A DNA stretch of 64,000 bases from Syncephalis fuscata S228 (lineage: Eukaryota; Fungi; Zoopagomycota): NCBI GenBank assembly GCA_025786725.1, contig JAHLTZ010000039.1:117186-181185 (forward strand), given 5' to 3'. The notes below the pieces were generated by a model. It searched no databases and had not been told where the DNA came from. It worked only from the letters and a program-made list of their open reading frames with translations. The translations under genes and the position numbers were made by a program. This document shows positions 1-12,697 of the stretch, piece by piece. How positions within the stretch are numbered: the first letter of the stretch is position 1; every line of letters starts with the position of its first letter.

Positions 1-346
1 ATGCAAAATGAATATACAGCGTTAAGTAAAAGTATAAATGAATACATTTATTTAATAATAGACATTATACAGTGTACATTTGTAAATATATAAATTATAC
101 AACTATATAACTAGCTATGTTAATTGACCAGCTATACTGCTAATTATATTACTAAATATTTAGTACACATTGTAAAAAATTTATAAAAAAATTATATACG
201 ATATATGAGTAAATACATAACTAACGAGCAATATAAGTATGGATATAAACAATTATTTAATGTAGTATAAAATGGGAAATTAAAAAAATCGACAGTCGCT
301 AAATTTAATTTTATTAATTTTATTTAATAAATAAAATCTATCGTAA

Positions 347-1918
347 TGTCTACTAAACTATTTAAAAAAGCTATATTTAACAGTATTAAAAAACTGAGAG
401 CCGCTATTGACAAGTTTAAGCTTGTTAACAGTTGCAATTTTAATAGAAAAATAGTGATTCAACAAGATTACAACTTATTTGTCCTCATGAAGACCGTTCC
501 AGCAACAAATGCCAGTTTGTTTTAACTGCCAAAAAGCGGAAAATCGGCTTATTAAAAATTGTTTAATGCAATATTAAACATTTTAATGGTTGTTTATATG
601 ATTCTGGTAATGATACTATTAAATCTATTATTAAATATATTACAAGTGGTGTCGCTATATTCTCAAATGTAAAATCAACAGATGTACGAATAAAAGTATC
701 AAATTATGTACACATTTAATTATTTAATATACAATAACAATTGCAATAGCTTAATAGATGCTATTATTTCTTACTACAAAGCTTGTTCTGCTCTTAATTT
801 AATGGAAAAGAATAATATTAACAGCAATATTAATTCTTTTTCATTTATTAAATATTACTTTATCAAATTTGAACATTTTAATCCGGATTCTGTTCAGCAC
901 TTCTTGCAAAACCAGTCTGGTAATTTTGAAAATGCATTTTTATGTCATTTATCATTTATTAAAGCTTGCCAGTATACCCGTAAAGTACTGGTAATTGATG
1001 GTTGCCATTTAAGGTTTTCTTATGGCGGTGTTGCTGTTGCTGCCGTTGTTAAAGATGGAAATAATAATATTTTACCTTTGGTTGTTGCTATAGTATTTCA
1101 TAAAAATGAAAACAACTGGGTCTATTTCCTTAAACGTTTAGCAGATTCAGTACCTGAATTAAGTATTCACAAGCTCAAGGATTGTTAACTAATAATAGCT
1201 ATTTTTTGTATAAATCAACATTAACTGACATCAATAACTATATAGTTGATGATTATTCTGATACCAAATTTCAAATTAAAACTACTAATTTTGAAGAATT
1301 GTGGTTTTTTATTAAATGAGTTTATTAATAAATCTTACACCATTGATTATTCAAACAAATTATATGCTCCAGAAATTTGCCTGGTTGAAATAGAGTCAAT
1401 TACTGCGGATATTTTGTGTTTGCCACCGAAAATAACGAAGAAAACCGGTAGACCGAGAGTTAAAAGAATTAGATGTTATAGTAAAGCTTTGCAGACCACC
1501 AACGATATACTTGTCGCAACTGTAGCTCAAAAGGACACAATACAAGAACATGCGCTGTAAACACTAGCATGAATAACATTGAAACAAACATCTTTATTGA
1601 AAAGCAAATACAAACTACTAATGAAACAGCTATAAAGAAAAGAGAGCGTGTTATTAAAAAATGTTTAATTTGTGGTAAACGTCATTACAAGAAAACAAAG
1701 TGTGGAGCAAACAAAAAATAATTTTATTAATAAATAGTTTTAATCAATTTTAAAAAAGAAAAATTTATTATAGTGAAATTAAAAAACAGTGTATTTCTTA
1801 ATTTCCTTAAATTAAAAGTTATATTTATTTTATAAAAAATAGAAAAAAGTAAAATTAGAAATTTAAAAAGTATTTTTGTAATTAAAAGCAAAAAACAGTG
1901 TATTTTCCAAAATTGCCC
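347..1918 (+). mobile_element. Degenerate Mutator-like (MULE) DNA transposon remnant
   Basis: ORF 706-1188 has the MULE transposase motif VLVIDGCHL..YGG....VVKDGNNNILPLVVAIV..ENNWVYFL. Downstream are PPKITKKTGRPRVKRIR and a frameshifted zinc knuckle (CRNCSSKGHNTRTC, ~1512-1553). The coding region has stops, frameshifts and an internal gap. A possible right terminus AAAATTGCCC ends at 1918, with AAAAACAGTGTATTT present twice subterminally. Confidence 0.8.
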
Positions 1919-2118
1919 TGTTAACTATATAGAATTTTATGTAAAAACTATACACCAATTAATGATCACCACTCATATTTCTCTTTTACTACACACATAT
2001 TTACTACTTTTTATTACTCACTTGATAGGTAATTTGTATAAAATACTATATTCAATACAGACTGACACAATAACCATACGGTCATATAACTATATGTTAA
2101 TAGTAACATTTCACCACT

Positions 2119-4868
2119 ATGGCAACAATATCTTGGGCAACAACACTGCCACCGCCACATTTTAGTAATAATGCCGGGCCAGTACCTACATGGTCATTGG
2201 GTGATGGTGTACGGCAAATGGACATGGAATTCGATAATCTTAATGGAACAAGCTCTAAAGTAGCTACAAATAATGGTAAGCAACTGGAAAATAGATAAGA
2301 GTCGCGCAATGTCAATGTGTTGACGCGTCATACGCTATTATTTATGATGATAATGGTTGTTTATTACTTAGGCGTCAATCCAACTAATACAGCTACAAAG
2401 CATCACAGCATGTCGCAATTTAATGATAAAAGTGTTATGCATCCACTTATTGGCCATACAGCCTTGATGGAAATGGATCAAGAATTCACAACATTAACTG
2501 GTGCATGGCCCAAACAGAAAGCAAACACACTGCCACAGCGGGATATGCTCACCACAAATAAACTAGCTGGTAAAACTTTGAAGGAAAAACTAGTATCGGA
2601 TAAAGAAGCGCAGGATATTGATAAACAGTTACGAGAGATCCTTGAAAGTAACTCAGCAATTAAGGATTTTTATGCTGATATTGATGCACAAGCAGTAAGT
2701 TGTAATTATTAATTAACGTATATTCAATACATAGATTAAGTAAAATATTAACACGTACTATAGGAACAGCAAATTGAACAGATGGATCATGATACAATGT
2801 CATTGCCAGATGAGTTATCGAATATATTAAATGATGATATCATAAATGTCAATGATTTTAATTCACCTAATACTCGATCCATACCAACTATCCAAACAAA
2901 TCAATTATTTGAACAAAATCCTGCAAATTTGCTAATGCTGTCATCGCTGAGAGGCAAAATAAAGCCAGAAGAATGGATGTCAAACTTTGAAAATATGACA
3001 ACAATTCAAATGGATCCTGTAACACAGCTTCGATCCACAGCATCAATGCCATTTCAACGTAATAGAAATGATCGTGAACGAAGAAGAGATGAACGAGAAA
3101 AGACGCAGCAACAACAACAGCAGCGGTGGCCTATAAATAAGCCTCATTATCCAACGCGCGTTTTGCGCAACACAATACCAGCACGATTGCCGACCATTGA
3201 AGAAAGTTTATTAATGACATCAGCTAAAGTAAATAGAAATGAGAAAAAGCCAATGAATCCAACTATTACAGGTTTGCCAGATGTGTAAGCAATACAGACA
3301 AATATATTATTATTATTATTAAATTTATTGTTGCTGTTGTTAGGTATACAGTCACTACGTCGGTACCAGTTAGCACACCTTTAATTAATATTACAGCCAT
3401 GAATGAAACAATCGATGAGACAGCTTTACCTCAATACCCGCACATTGTTAATTTGCCATATCAAGGAAATGCAAAACGTAAGTGCTATTTAAAAAATTAT
3501 ATAAATACATACCCATTGTTATTTGTAGAGATTTTAAAAGCATTAAAAGCATTGCACCAACAGTTGTATGAAATGCAAAAAAGGTATACTACAGTTGTAG
3601 CTAGAAATAGCGAATTAGAGAAACAGTTAACGGCAGCTTTATCCAAACTGTCCATGTCATCGACGGCAATTCAGCAGCAACAACAAGAAAAGCATACTGA
3701 TGAAAAGAAACTATTTAAAAAAATGACGACACTTCAAACACAGTTAGAAACAGCAGAATTAAACGCTAGTAAACAGGCACAACGGTCACAACAATATAAA
3801 GCATGTGCGCTAAAACTACGCGATGAGTTGTTACAATTGCGTCGAAAGGTTGTCGACACCGAACAGCGTAATTCAGCCCAGCGTAGAGAAATGGATCGTA
3901 TCAATAACCAACTTGAGTCGTCTACACAACAACTTGGCAAATATCGCATGCAAGTAAGAACGCTAGAACAATCATTGGCCACATTAAAGCAACAGAATGA
4001 ACATAAAACAGGAGAAGCCAATAAACAACATCCTACGACGCTTACAACAAAATCAGCACTACTTTCCGGTAAGTAATAATAATAATTATTATTATTATAT
4101 GCAATACAGTAGTTGTGTATTGATGCTAACTAGTAGTAGATCGATCGATTAGAGAGCAAGCAGCAATGGCAACCGAAGCATTAACGGAGGCTAGAGAAGA
4201 ATGTCGCCGCTTACAACGCCAATTAGAATACGCCGGCTATCGAATAAGAGAAGTGGAAGAGAAAGAAATGCAGCTGTCAAAGCATCCAAACAAACTTCTT
4301 ATGTCAAACCAATGGTAAGTTAATCAATATCGGCATATCTATGACCCATTATTTAAACGATAATAGTACAAAACAAGCGATTCAAACGTAACAGTACCCA
4401 CAAACACTACTACTACCGCCACTGCGGTGTTGCACCCACCATTATGGCCAAAGTATTACCACCAGCAATGCCAGTCGCTACAAGAGATGCTAATACAGCT
4501 CGTGGTAAGTGATTTGTACTAAATGATATCAATGTGGCAATATTTAATGATTAATAAATAAATGGCCTATTAGAGGTGGCAGATAAAGATAAAAATGATC
4601 ATTTTAAAAGGTAAGCTATTATAAAATTGATAAATTGATTAACTTTAATTAATTAATATAATATTTATTAGACAATATCAAGAATTGTTACACCAATTTG
4701 AAAATATGCCACCAGGTGCACAGCATGCTTCACAAACAAGGTGGCTATTACAGCAACTACGTGATACTATTAATACAATGCAAACAAAGGTAAATAGTAA
4801 TATATTTACAGTATAGTATTAACTAATAGGCTTAAAGACTTTTTAGACATAATGATACTGTTCTTTAA
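2119..4868 (+). CDS. Multi-exon hypothetical protein with C-terminal coiled coil
   Basis: Chain of ORFs (2317-2712, 2782-3288, 3399-4076) separated by short GTAAG...AG introns; heptad-rich Q/E/K/L segment ~3530-4270. No family recognised; ends approximate. Confidence 0.6.
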
Positions 4869-5084
4869 CGAATGTATATTTAATAAAACTATTTATTAAT
4901 TTAAGATTTTAGTACCAAAAGTATTGCTTAAAGAAAACTGATTTATTTTTAATCCTATTATTGCAGAATATATAATTACATAAACTGCTCTTTCAATTTT
5001 ATACTACTTCAAATTATAGAAAAAACTATTTTTTTATTCTATATATACTAGCAAAAAAACAATACGATTCTATGACCGCATAAT

Positions 5085-8000
5085 TCATAGTTTTGCTTTT
5101 GAAGGTGCTTCTTCGAGAACAAGCGAAGTATCCGCCTCTTCCACTTGCTCTTTACTTGAAGATGCTACACTCATAGTGGTAGTATCTTTACCACTTTTCT
5201 CAGCCCGACCAGTCCATCCGGAAATACCTGTCAGTTCAGCAAGTCGAAGCACCCGTGAACTAACTATATACTCATAAATATATTATTGATCAGCTATTAT
5301 TGATCATATATATATAGTTGAGAGTGGCTACTTACCGGTAGCATTGTCACGTCTGTTTTTACCCTCACGTCTAAATTGCCCAATACGCTCTACCAGTGAC
5401 CAGAGACGGCCCTCAGGCAGTATACTGCCATCAGCCTGTCGTGCCGGTACATAAAGCGGATGGAGAGCAATACGTGTCGGGTCTTGGGGTGAAAGTATAT
5501 CACGTCGACTAAGCATAACGTTCTCGGTATTCAGTCGATAAAAGGCGTTCTTTAGTGTTTCTTGATTAACGGCCTCCATATAACTTATATCGCCTATGAC
5601 CGAGTCAGTTTACTATCTATTCGTTCATCGACTTACCTTGATAATAGAGTGTACGTCCAAATCCTTGGGCCTTTTTAAGAAATACTCGCTCTTCCACCCA
5701 GACTACACCATCTTCTTCAATAACCCCAGCCGGTAATTGTGCCGTAGTAGATGCCGGTGCACCAATCGTCGAATGAAGTAACCCCTGAGCATCCGTGCCC
5801 GGTGTCACCATAGCCACAATAAGTAGACTGACCGCTAATAGATATATATATATATATAAAATACAATGTTTAATAATACCAAATAATTTGTATCCACTTA
5901 CCAGCTAACCAGTAAGTTTCAATAAATGGCCAAATCAAGAAACAGTAAAAATCTAATATTCAGTATAATTAGCATTATTTATTTACCTATTCATACTATT
6001 CATACCGTAGTTTCACGACCAATACTGCGTTCTATATCAGACAATCCAACATATTCATCTTCAACTGAAATAACATTCATTTGCTAAATAATAACCATAA
6101 ATATACCATTTTCATCATGTATCGTTTATATTACCTCCATCGATATCAATGTCTCTTCCAAATTCTCTTCAACTGTACCAGGTTGATAAATAAATTCACC
6201 TTTCAATAGACGAGATAAAAAGGCGGTATTATCAATAGTACTTGTTGATGGATTCGCTGCGCTGATTTAATACCACCATCTTGATTTGTACATACATCGA
6301 TGCTGATGCAATAGCTATTTACTAATTAATTAATCATCATTAAATACAAATAACACTTACCTTCTGGTATAAATAAGTGAATGACCTAATTAGATGTTGT
6401 AAATCAATAACATTATTAATCATATAAATATGAATATTATTTATTAAAGACATACCTGATTACGGAAGAAGCTTAGTTCAAAGCGCTGTTGTGTATAGAA
6501 TATTGGTTCTAGAATATCTTTATCCTTGCGTACACTGATCAGTTCACGCATTACTTGAACAGCACTATTATATATCATATATTATATATTATATATTATA
6601 TATTGGCATTACACTTACCGATCAACAATATCACCCGTAGACATATTACCGAAATAGGCAACCCGTCCACCTTTACGTATAATGGCTCGTCTTAACCAAT
6701 TTACTCGGCGAATTAACTAAATATTAATTAATACTATGTAAATACATATAATGATTTGTTAACTTACTTCACTTCGACCTACTCCCTATCCATTATTAAT
6801 ATAATTAGTTAGATAATGAGTAAATGAATAGATAAATATAATATGTACTTACTCGTCCACGCAAGGTCAATATAACCGTTCCAACTATATATTATATTAA
6901 TACTAGGCAATACAACTAACAAAACTGTACAATTGAATTACCTAAAGCTGTGGGCATAATAACTGAGCAACCATTCTATTTAAATAAATTAATACACGTT
7001 ATTATAATAAATAATATATACTTGCAATATCTGACAATACGCTATAATAATTATAATAGTATTAATATTTAGTGTTATGTTTAACATGTTGTTAATAACC
7101 AACCGATACCCAAGAGATCGTAATAAAGTTCTTTATCGTCCTTTTGTTTAGGATCAAATGGTCTAATAATATTTGTTTTTAGATAACCGTTCATTAGAAA
7201 GAGTAAATACTTACGCTCGACGAATAGACTGTTCATTAATATACTCATTAAGTGAGAATGGTTTAGCAAACCTCACTAATATTACAATTAGTTACTAAAT
7301 ACTATACATTTGTTCTATATGGATATATAGATATATATATATTAGTTGATTTACCGTCTACACGTCCCCATTTTAATTGTAACAACTTGGTACTATTAAA
7401 CACTCCCTGTAGTGATTCTTTCTTTTTTGGTTGACCAAGTAATTCATGTGCATAAGTCTCTGTCTCAATTACCTACAAATATATGTATTAGAGAATGATA
7501 TAGTATGTATATATATATATATATACTTACACGATCATAGCCAATACTCATAGGTACAATAACACAATCACTAGTACGACCACTTTGCAATCCTTCAAGA
7601 ATTAATTTTAATATACCAAACTTTGGTTGTAATAATTTGCCTATATTATATATTGTATATAGTGTATATATATTAGTATATTATAATCAATGATTAATCA
7701 TGCTATTTACCCGTTCTACTACGGGTACCCTCAATAAAGCATTCAATATTATGTCCTTTTTCTAATAGTGTCTATTTACAAGTTATATATATAATACATA
7801 ATGAGTTAGTCCAGTTAATATCTTACTATAATAGTCTACCTCGATATATTCACGGGCCAGTTCTGTGTACATCAAATCACTGTCCCATGACCGACGAATA
7901 AAGAAAGCACCACCATGACGTAGAATATTACCAAGAATAGGCATATCCAAATTATCACCGGCCGCAATATGCGGTAACGCCAATCCCAAGCGATAAAAGA

Positions 8001-9254
8001 CATAGGAAATAAGTAAATAATCTACGTGAGATTTATGGCATGGTAGAATAATTAAGGATTGTCGATTCTGTTGTGCTTTAATAGCATGTCGGCGTAACTA
8101 TATACACGCATAAACTAATTGAATATACTACAAAGTACCACTTACTTCTAATAGCTCACTCTCCTTAATATGAATACCTTGATGATACAATCGTACAAAA
8201 ATGTTATTCACTGTAAAGACAAATGCCCTATACATATTCATTAATGACTAATAGATGCTGATGATTAGATAGATCGTACCGAATAAGACGCTGACTGCTA
8301 AAATCGGCAAACATTTTATCGGCCATATTACGCACTACTACTTCTAGTTCACGTTCCAATCTTACTTCACGTTCTACAATCTTTGTCACAGAAGGTTGGG
8401 CGTGGAGTTGTATGGCTTGTTTTCCCGACAAATACTTTATTGTATTACGTACTATATATTGGTTATTACACTAATCACTTGGTACTATATACATATGGCT
8501 AATAACATACCTCGATCACTACTTAATACGGCCTTTTTAATATCTTTGGTATAATTAGGATATAGAATACGTGCACCAATATAGTCTCGATAACTACGCC
8601 ATCCCTTTACAAATAATAACAATTAGATTATTAATTGCAATAGTATGTATATAAGTATTCATATTACTTACAGCGCCTAAATAGAATGCAGTTGATTCTG
8701 AAGTAAGTCGAATCATAAAATTAACAGGATTGGCTCGAAAATGACCCAAATCTTTGCCCTTACTAGTTCATAGTTCATTAGTTAGTTAATTAATTACTTA
8801 ATTAAATTGGTTTTCTATAGTATTTACATTAAGTTTTCTAAAAATTCTTCTTCATCCCCGGTTTTATCGCCATTTTCCCCATTTAAATTGACTTCATTAT
8901 ATGAATTAGAATGAGCCTCTGTAGAGTCCTGATGTGATACATCAAGCTTTGATGGTCGCAGTACCACTTCACTTTGGAATTGGCCTAGACGACGAGCATC
9001 GCCTACACTTTCACCTTCGGGACAAATATCTGGAGCAGTATGGACGGGTAAGATGTCACTATAGTGTCCTGTGCGGACGAATTGGTCGTTTCGTCGATAT
9101 CATCCGCTATGACTTGCTTCCACGCTTCTTCGGCGCTATTACTCGGCTTAGAAGGTGTGTTATTACGTGGCGCATTGTTTTGTGGACTCAACAAGCCGTC
9201 ATTGCTTCGGCGATTCTCGGAGCCAAATGGATTATTGTTAGAGGAATTCGACAT
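5085..9254 (-). CDS. Glycerol-3-phosphate/dihydroxyacetone-phosphate acyltransferase (GPAT/DHAPAT family, GNPAT-like) with PTS1
   Basis: Acyltransferase motifs LPCHKSHVDY (HX4D), AAGDNL, GAFFIRR and FIEGTRSRTG across exons; many short introns; last exon ends APSKAKL-stop (TGA at 5085-5087). Confidence 0.88.
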
Positions 9255-9648
9255 TGTAATAATAAACGAGACGGCAATAGATACGCACACACACACACAC
9301 ACACAACACAGCAAAGCAAATAGAGCAAGGCCAGTATTGTATGCCTACGTTAATATTGGTTCGTTCACTAAACAGCAGTAGCACTACTACTAATAGAGTT
9401 AAGAAAGAAGAGGGAAAGAAGTGAAACGAAATGCAATTTGAGGATAAACGATAGTGACGGTGATAATAAAAGTTGCCATGTTTAGTACTAAAATCTAACA
9501 CCAGATGTTTAGCGGCATTTCTAATTAATAAGTATTGAAGGTCATTAATGTTTACTTTCACACACATTTATTAATATTCTATACCATTTGTTTATTTAAA
9601 TAAAATGTTTATTTGTACATTATATTTATTATAGTTATCTATACTAAA

Positions 9649-11640
9649 TTAACGCAGAAATAAAATACCAACAAGTACAAAAAGCATTAAACCACTACAT
9701 CCAACAAGAATGAGTCGTGTCCAGATGGATGGCCGTGTCGTAACTATTGGCATTACTAGCTGAAGAACATGTTGGCCGTCCAGACCATAGACTGGCGCGG
9801 CATTTAATAAACCAATAGCTGCAGAAAATGCTATTAAATACCTATATATTTGCAGCTATTAATACTTCATAGCTGAAATAGTATCTAATTACCTAATAAA
9901 TAATTCAGGTAGTTCAGGTAGTGTTGTAGGCCATGAATAGAACCAAGACCGCCAACGACCTACACGCAATTGATGGTAGAGTTGAATTGGTCTACCAATC
10001 CATACTACCCATGGATTATCTATTTTGCTATTATTGTTAGTATTACTATGTTCAAACCATAAAGGTGGCTCGTAATAAAGTTGTAGTAATTGCTCTTTAG
10101 CTGTTTCTACACGTGGAAAATAACAGATCTGATCACTTTGAGGACAAGGCTTTTTTTTGTTGCATAACGTTGTTTTTGGCAGTGCTTTGATTATTGGTAC
10201 GCATATTTCCTTAATAAATTGTATTAGTATTAGTATTATTAGCTAATTAGTTAGTTAATTACCGTATTATTGGTCGCTCCACTAAAGCACCAATGGATTT
10301 GATCATCTTTTGTTGGCTGATTAGATGATTTTGGCAGACAGCAATCGTTTGGTTCTAATATTGTCATTAGTTTATGACTTTTCAACTTTATCTATTACCT
10401 TTATACCACTTTTCTTTATTCCAGCAGTATCCAGTGGTCAACGATGTTGATTCAAGATATGATAAGTGTTGTGACCAACCATCAATACCATGTTCTAATG
10501 CAGTTTGGCCAATTTGAGTAATACGCGATCCTATTGGTAAAACTGAATACAGTGGAGATGTCTGTATAACATTAATCGGTGTTATTGGTATTGCTTATTA
10601 ACTCACTGTAGAAATGCTGGTGACTACTACGCCTGATGTTATCCGCTCCCATCCAAGCCATGGCCAGGGCAGATCAAGTAGACCAGTATATAGTAGTATG
10701 ATAGCAATAGCAACTAGTATCATATTATGCCATACACCACCAAGCATAATGCGTAATTGTGTCAATGTAGATGCTCGATTCAAAGCATGGCTATCAACGC
10801 GTACAAATGCTCCTGGATAAATAAACCAGAAAAATGCACCTATTTGATGAAGAGGAATACGCGCACTATTATTACGTATTAGTAGTAACCGCTGAATATC
10901 GATTATGACTTTACATACTTGATAGCTGCCAGTGCATGTCCCATTTCATGCCAAAGACTTGCCACACCAATAGCCATAAACTGGAGTGGAAGATGAGTCC
11001 AGGGTAAATTGACACCAGGTATCTATTAATAAATAGTAAATATTATAACTAAGTTAGTTTATTAATGGTAACTCACAGTGGCTACTAATAAGGCTGGATG
11101 TTGGCCAGTATTGTTGGAATTGGTGACTTTATGTTCGAGTTGTTGTATTAAACGAGTAGCTGTTATAAAACATACAATAACAGCTGCTGGCATTAGTAGA
11201 CTACCTACAACTATGCCAATATTAAACCACCATAGCCATCCTTGGGCTTGACAGCTGCCACCGCGATGATCCACTCGAGGCGATGCCCAGCGATATAAAA
11301 AGCTTGGTAGCTTAGTAGTTTCCCATTGAATACGACACCAATCGACAAATAGCGTGGTAGTATTTTTTTGAGTTAGTGTATAGGTACTATGTGACTCTTC
11401 TTCATCCGCTAATAGTAATTCAATAGCCTGGTTATCTGTATTCAAACGCATATCTTCATCTTCACTGGTCTATATTATTCATTAGTGTAGTCTATGTCAT
11501 TCATTTAACAAATAACTTACATTCCTAGACCACCAACGGCGTTCGCCTGTCCATCGCGGCATCCATAGAATACGCACCATACTATGAATTACCAACCATA
11601 ATAGCGTATAGCCACCTAACCAAACTGTCCATGTACTCAT
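9649..11640 (-). CDS. Site-2 protease (peptidase M50, MBTPS2-like)
   Basis: WHEMGHALAA (HExxH) at ~10925-10955, GGVWHN, Cys-rich lumenal region and NAAPVYGLDG motif at ~9775-9805; multi-exon; ATG at 11640. Confidence 0.9.
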
Positions 11641-11644
11641 GTTG
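11209..11644 (+). repeat. Direct repeat copy 1 (~435 bp; 5' end of the site-2 protease gene including intron 1)
   Basis: Nearly identical to 18117-18553, with a few substitutions. Confidence 0.95.
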
Positions 11645-11649
11645 TAACC

Positions 11650-12090
11650 ATTTAATGTGATTTGGGTGTCAAATGATTAATTTAATAACATTCGCGCAAT
11701 TAGACTAGACAGTCGTTTTATTGAAGATGGAGACGGATGATGAAAAATATTAAATTATTAAATCATCACATTGTATTGTGATTTGGGGTCAAATGACAAA
11801 GTTTAGATGAAAGCTTAGTTTAAATGCGTGAATTACTATTGAACATAGAACTGAGTGGTAATGACATCAGTTATCAAATACTCATTATCATAGATTCAGT
11901 ATCCAGTATGCATATATTCAGTACACATATATCCTCTATTCATTTATATCACCTTCAATATGTCCCACACCATTATATATCATTCTATGGTATATTAGAC
12001 ACATTTTGTTGTTTATATACTGCGATATACTTCACTCATTCCGTTCATTGCATTATACGCACTATAACTTTAACATCGTTCATATGCTTT
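11650..12090 (+). repeat. Kinase-cassette-associated conserved element plus start of spacer
   Basis: Aligns by eye with 46201-46590 (ATTTAATGTGATT...TCAAATGA...TTTAATAACATTCGCGCAATT; TGACATCAGTTATCAAATACTC...TATCCAGTATGCATAT) and with 40790-40995. Confidence 0.85.
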
Positions 12091-12534
12091 CTTACCTTAC
12101 ATTTACCATTCTATATATCATTCTATAATCGCCTAATCTTCCTTTATCCAAAATGTTTTATTTTTGTTCTAGATTTATTATTAACAAATGTCAACTGATT
12201 CCGCTCATTGATCATGCATATATGCTCAATAACTATAACATTGCTAATCTTGTTCAATATCGCATATTCATTATAATGTTTATCACTTTATTATATATTG
12301 CCTATACGCGGTTTATAGCCGTTGTCTATATGGCTCCAACTTTTTTATCAGTAAAATTAACTTATCACACTTAGTTTGTTCACTGAGTTATATTGATAGA
12401 ACAAATAATATGAATATAAACGGAGTTATGTTTTATTAAGATTATTTATAATAAACTAGATCATGTCAACTAGTCATGAATTTAATGTTAATCAAACAAA
12501 GTGACGGGTATACATAGTAATAACACATACTGTG

Positions 12535-12665
12535 ATGATATATGCATACTGGACAATAGACCTACAATGATGAGTATTTGATGACTGATGTCACTCGCCA
12601 CCCATCATCATGTTCAATAAATTGGATGTTATTAAAAATAGTCATTTAATCCCAAATCATGTTAA
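12535..12665 (-). repeat. Kinase-cassette-associated conserved element, inverted copy just 3' of kinase copy 1
   Basis: Reverse complement reads AAATGACTATTTTTAATAACATCCAATTTATTGAACATGATGATGGGTGGCGAGTGACATCAGTCATCAAATACTC, closely matching 46341-46420. Confidence 0.9.
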
Positions 12666-12697
12666 TAATAAATAAATAACTTAATATTAGCATAAAA

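Noticed and set aside
273-300. GGGAAATTAAAAAAAT as the left TIR of the MULE
   Set aside because: Only a short AT-rich match to the right-end repeat and no TSD found.
11644-11650. TGTAACC at the junction resembles the element B LTR terminus
   Set aside because: Only 7 nt with no further LTR similarity.
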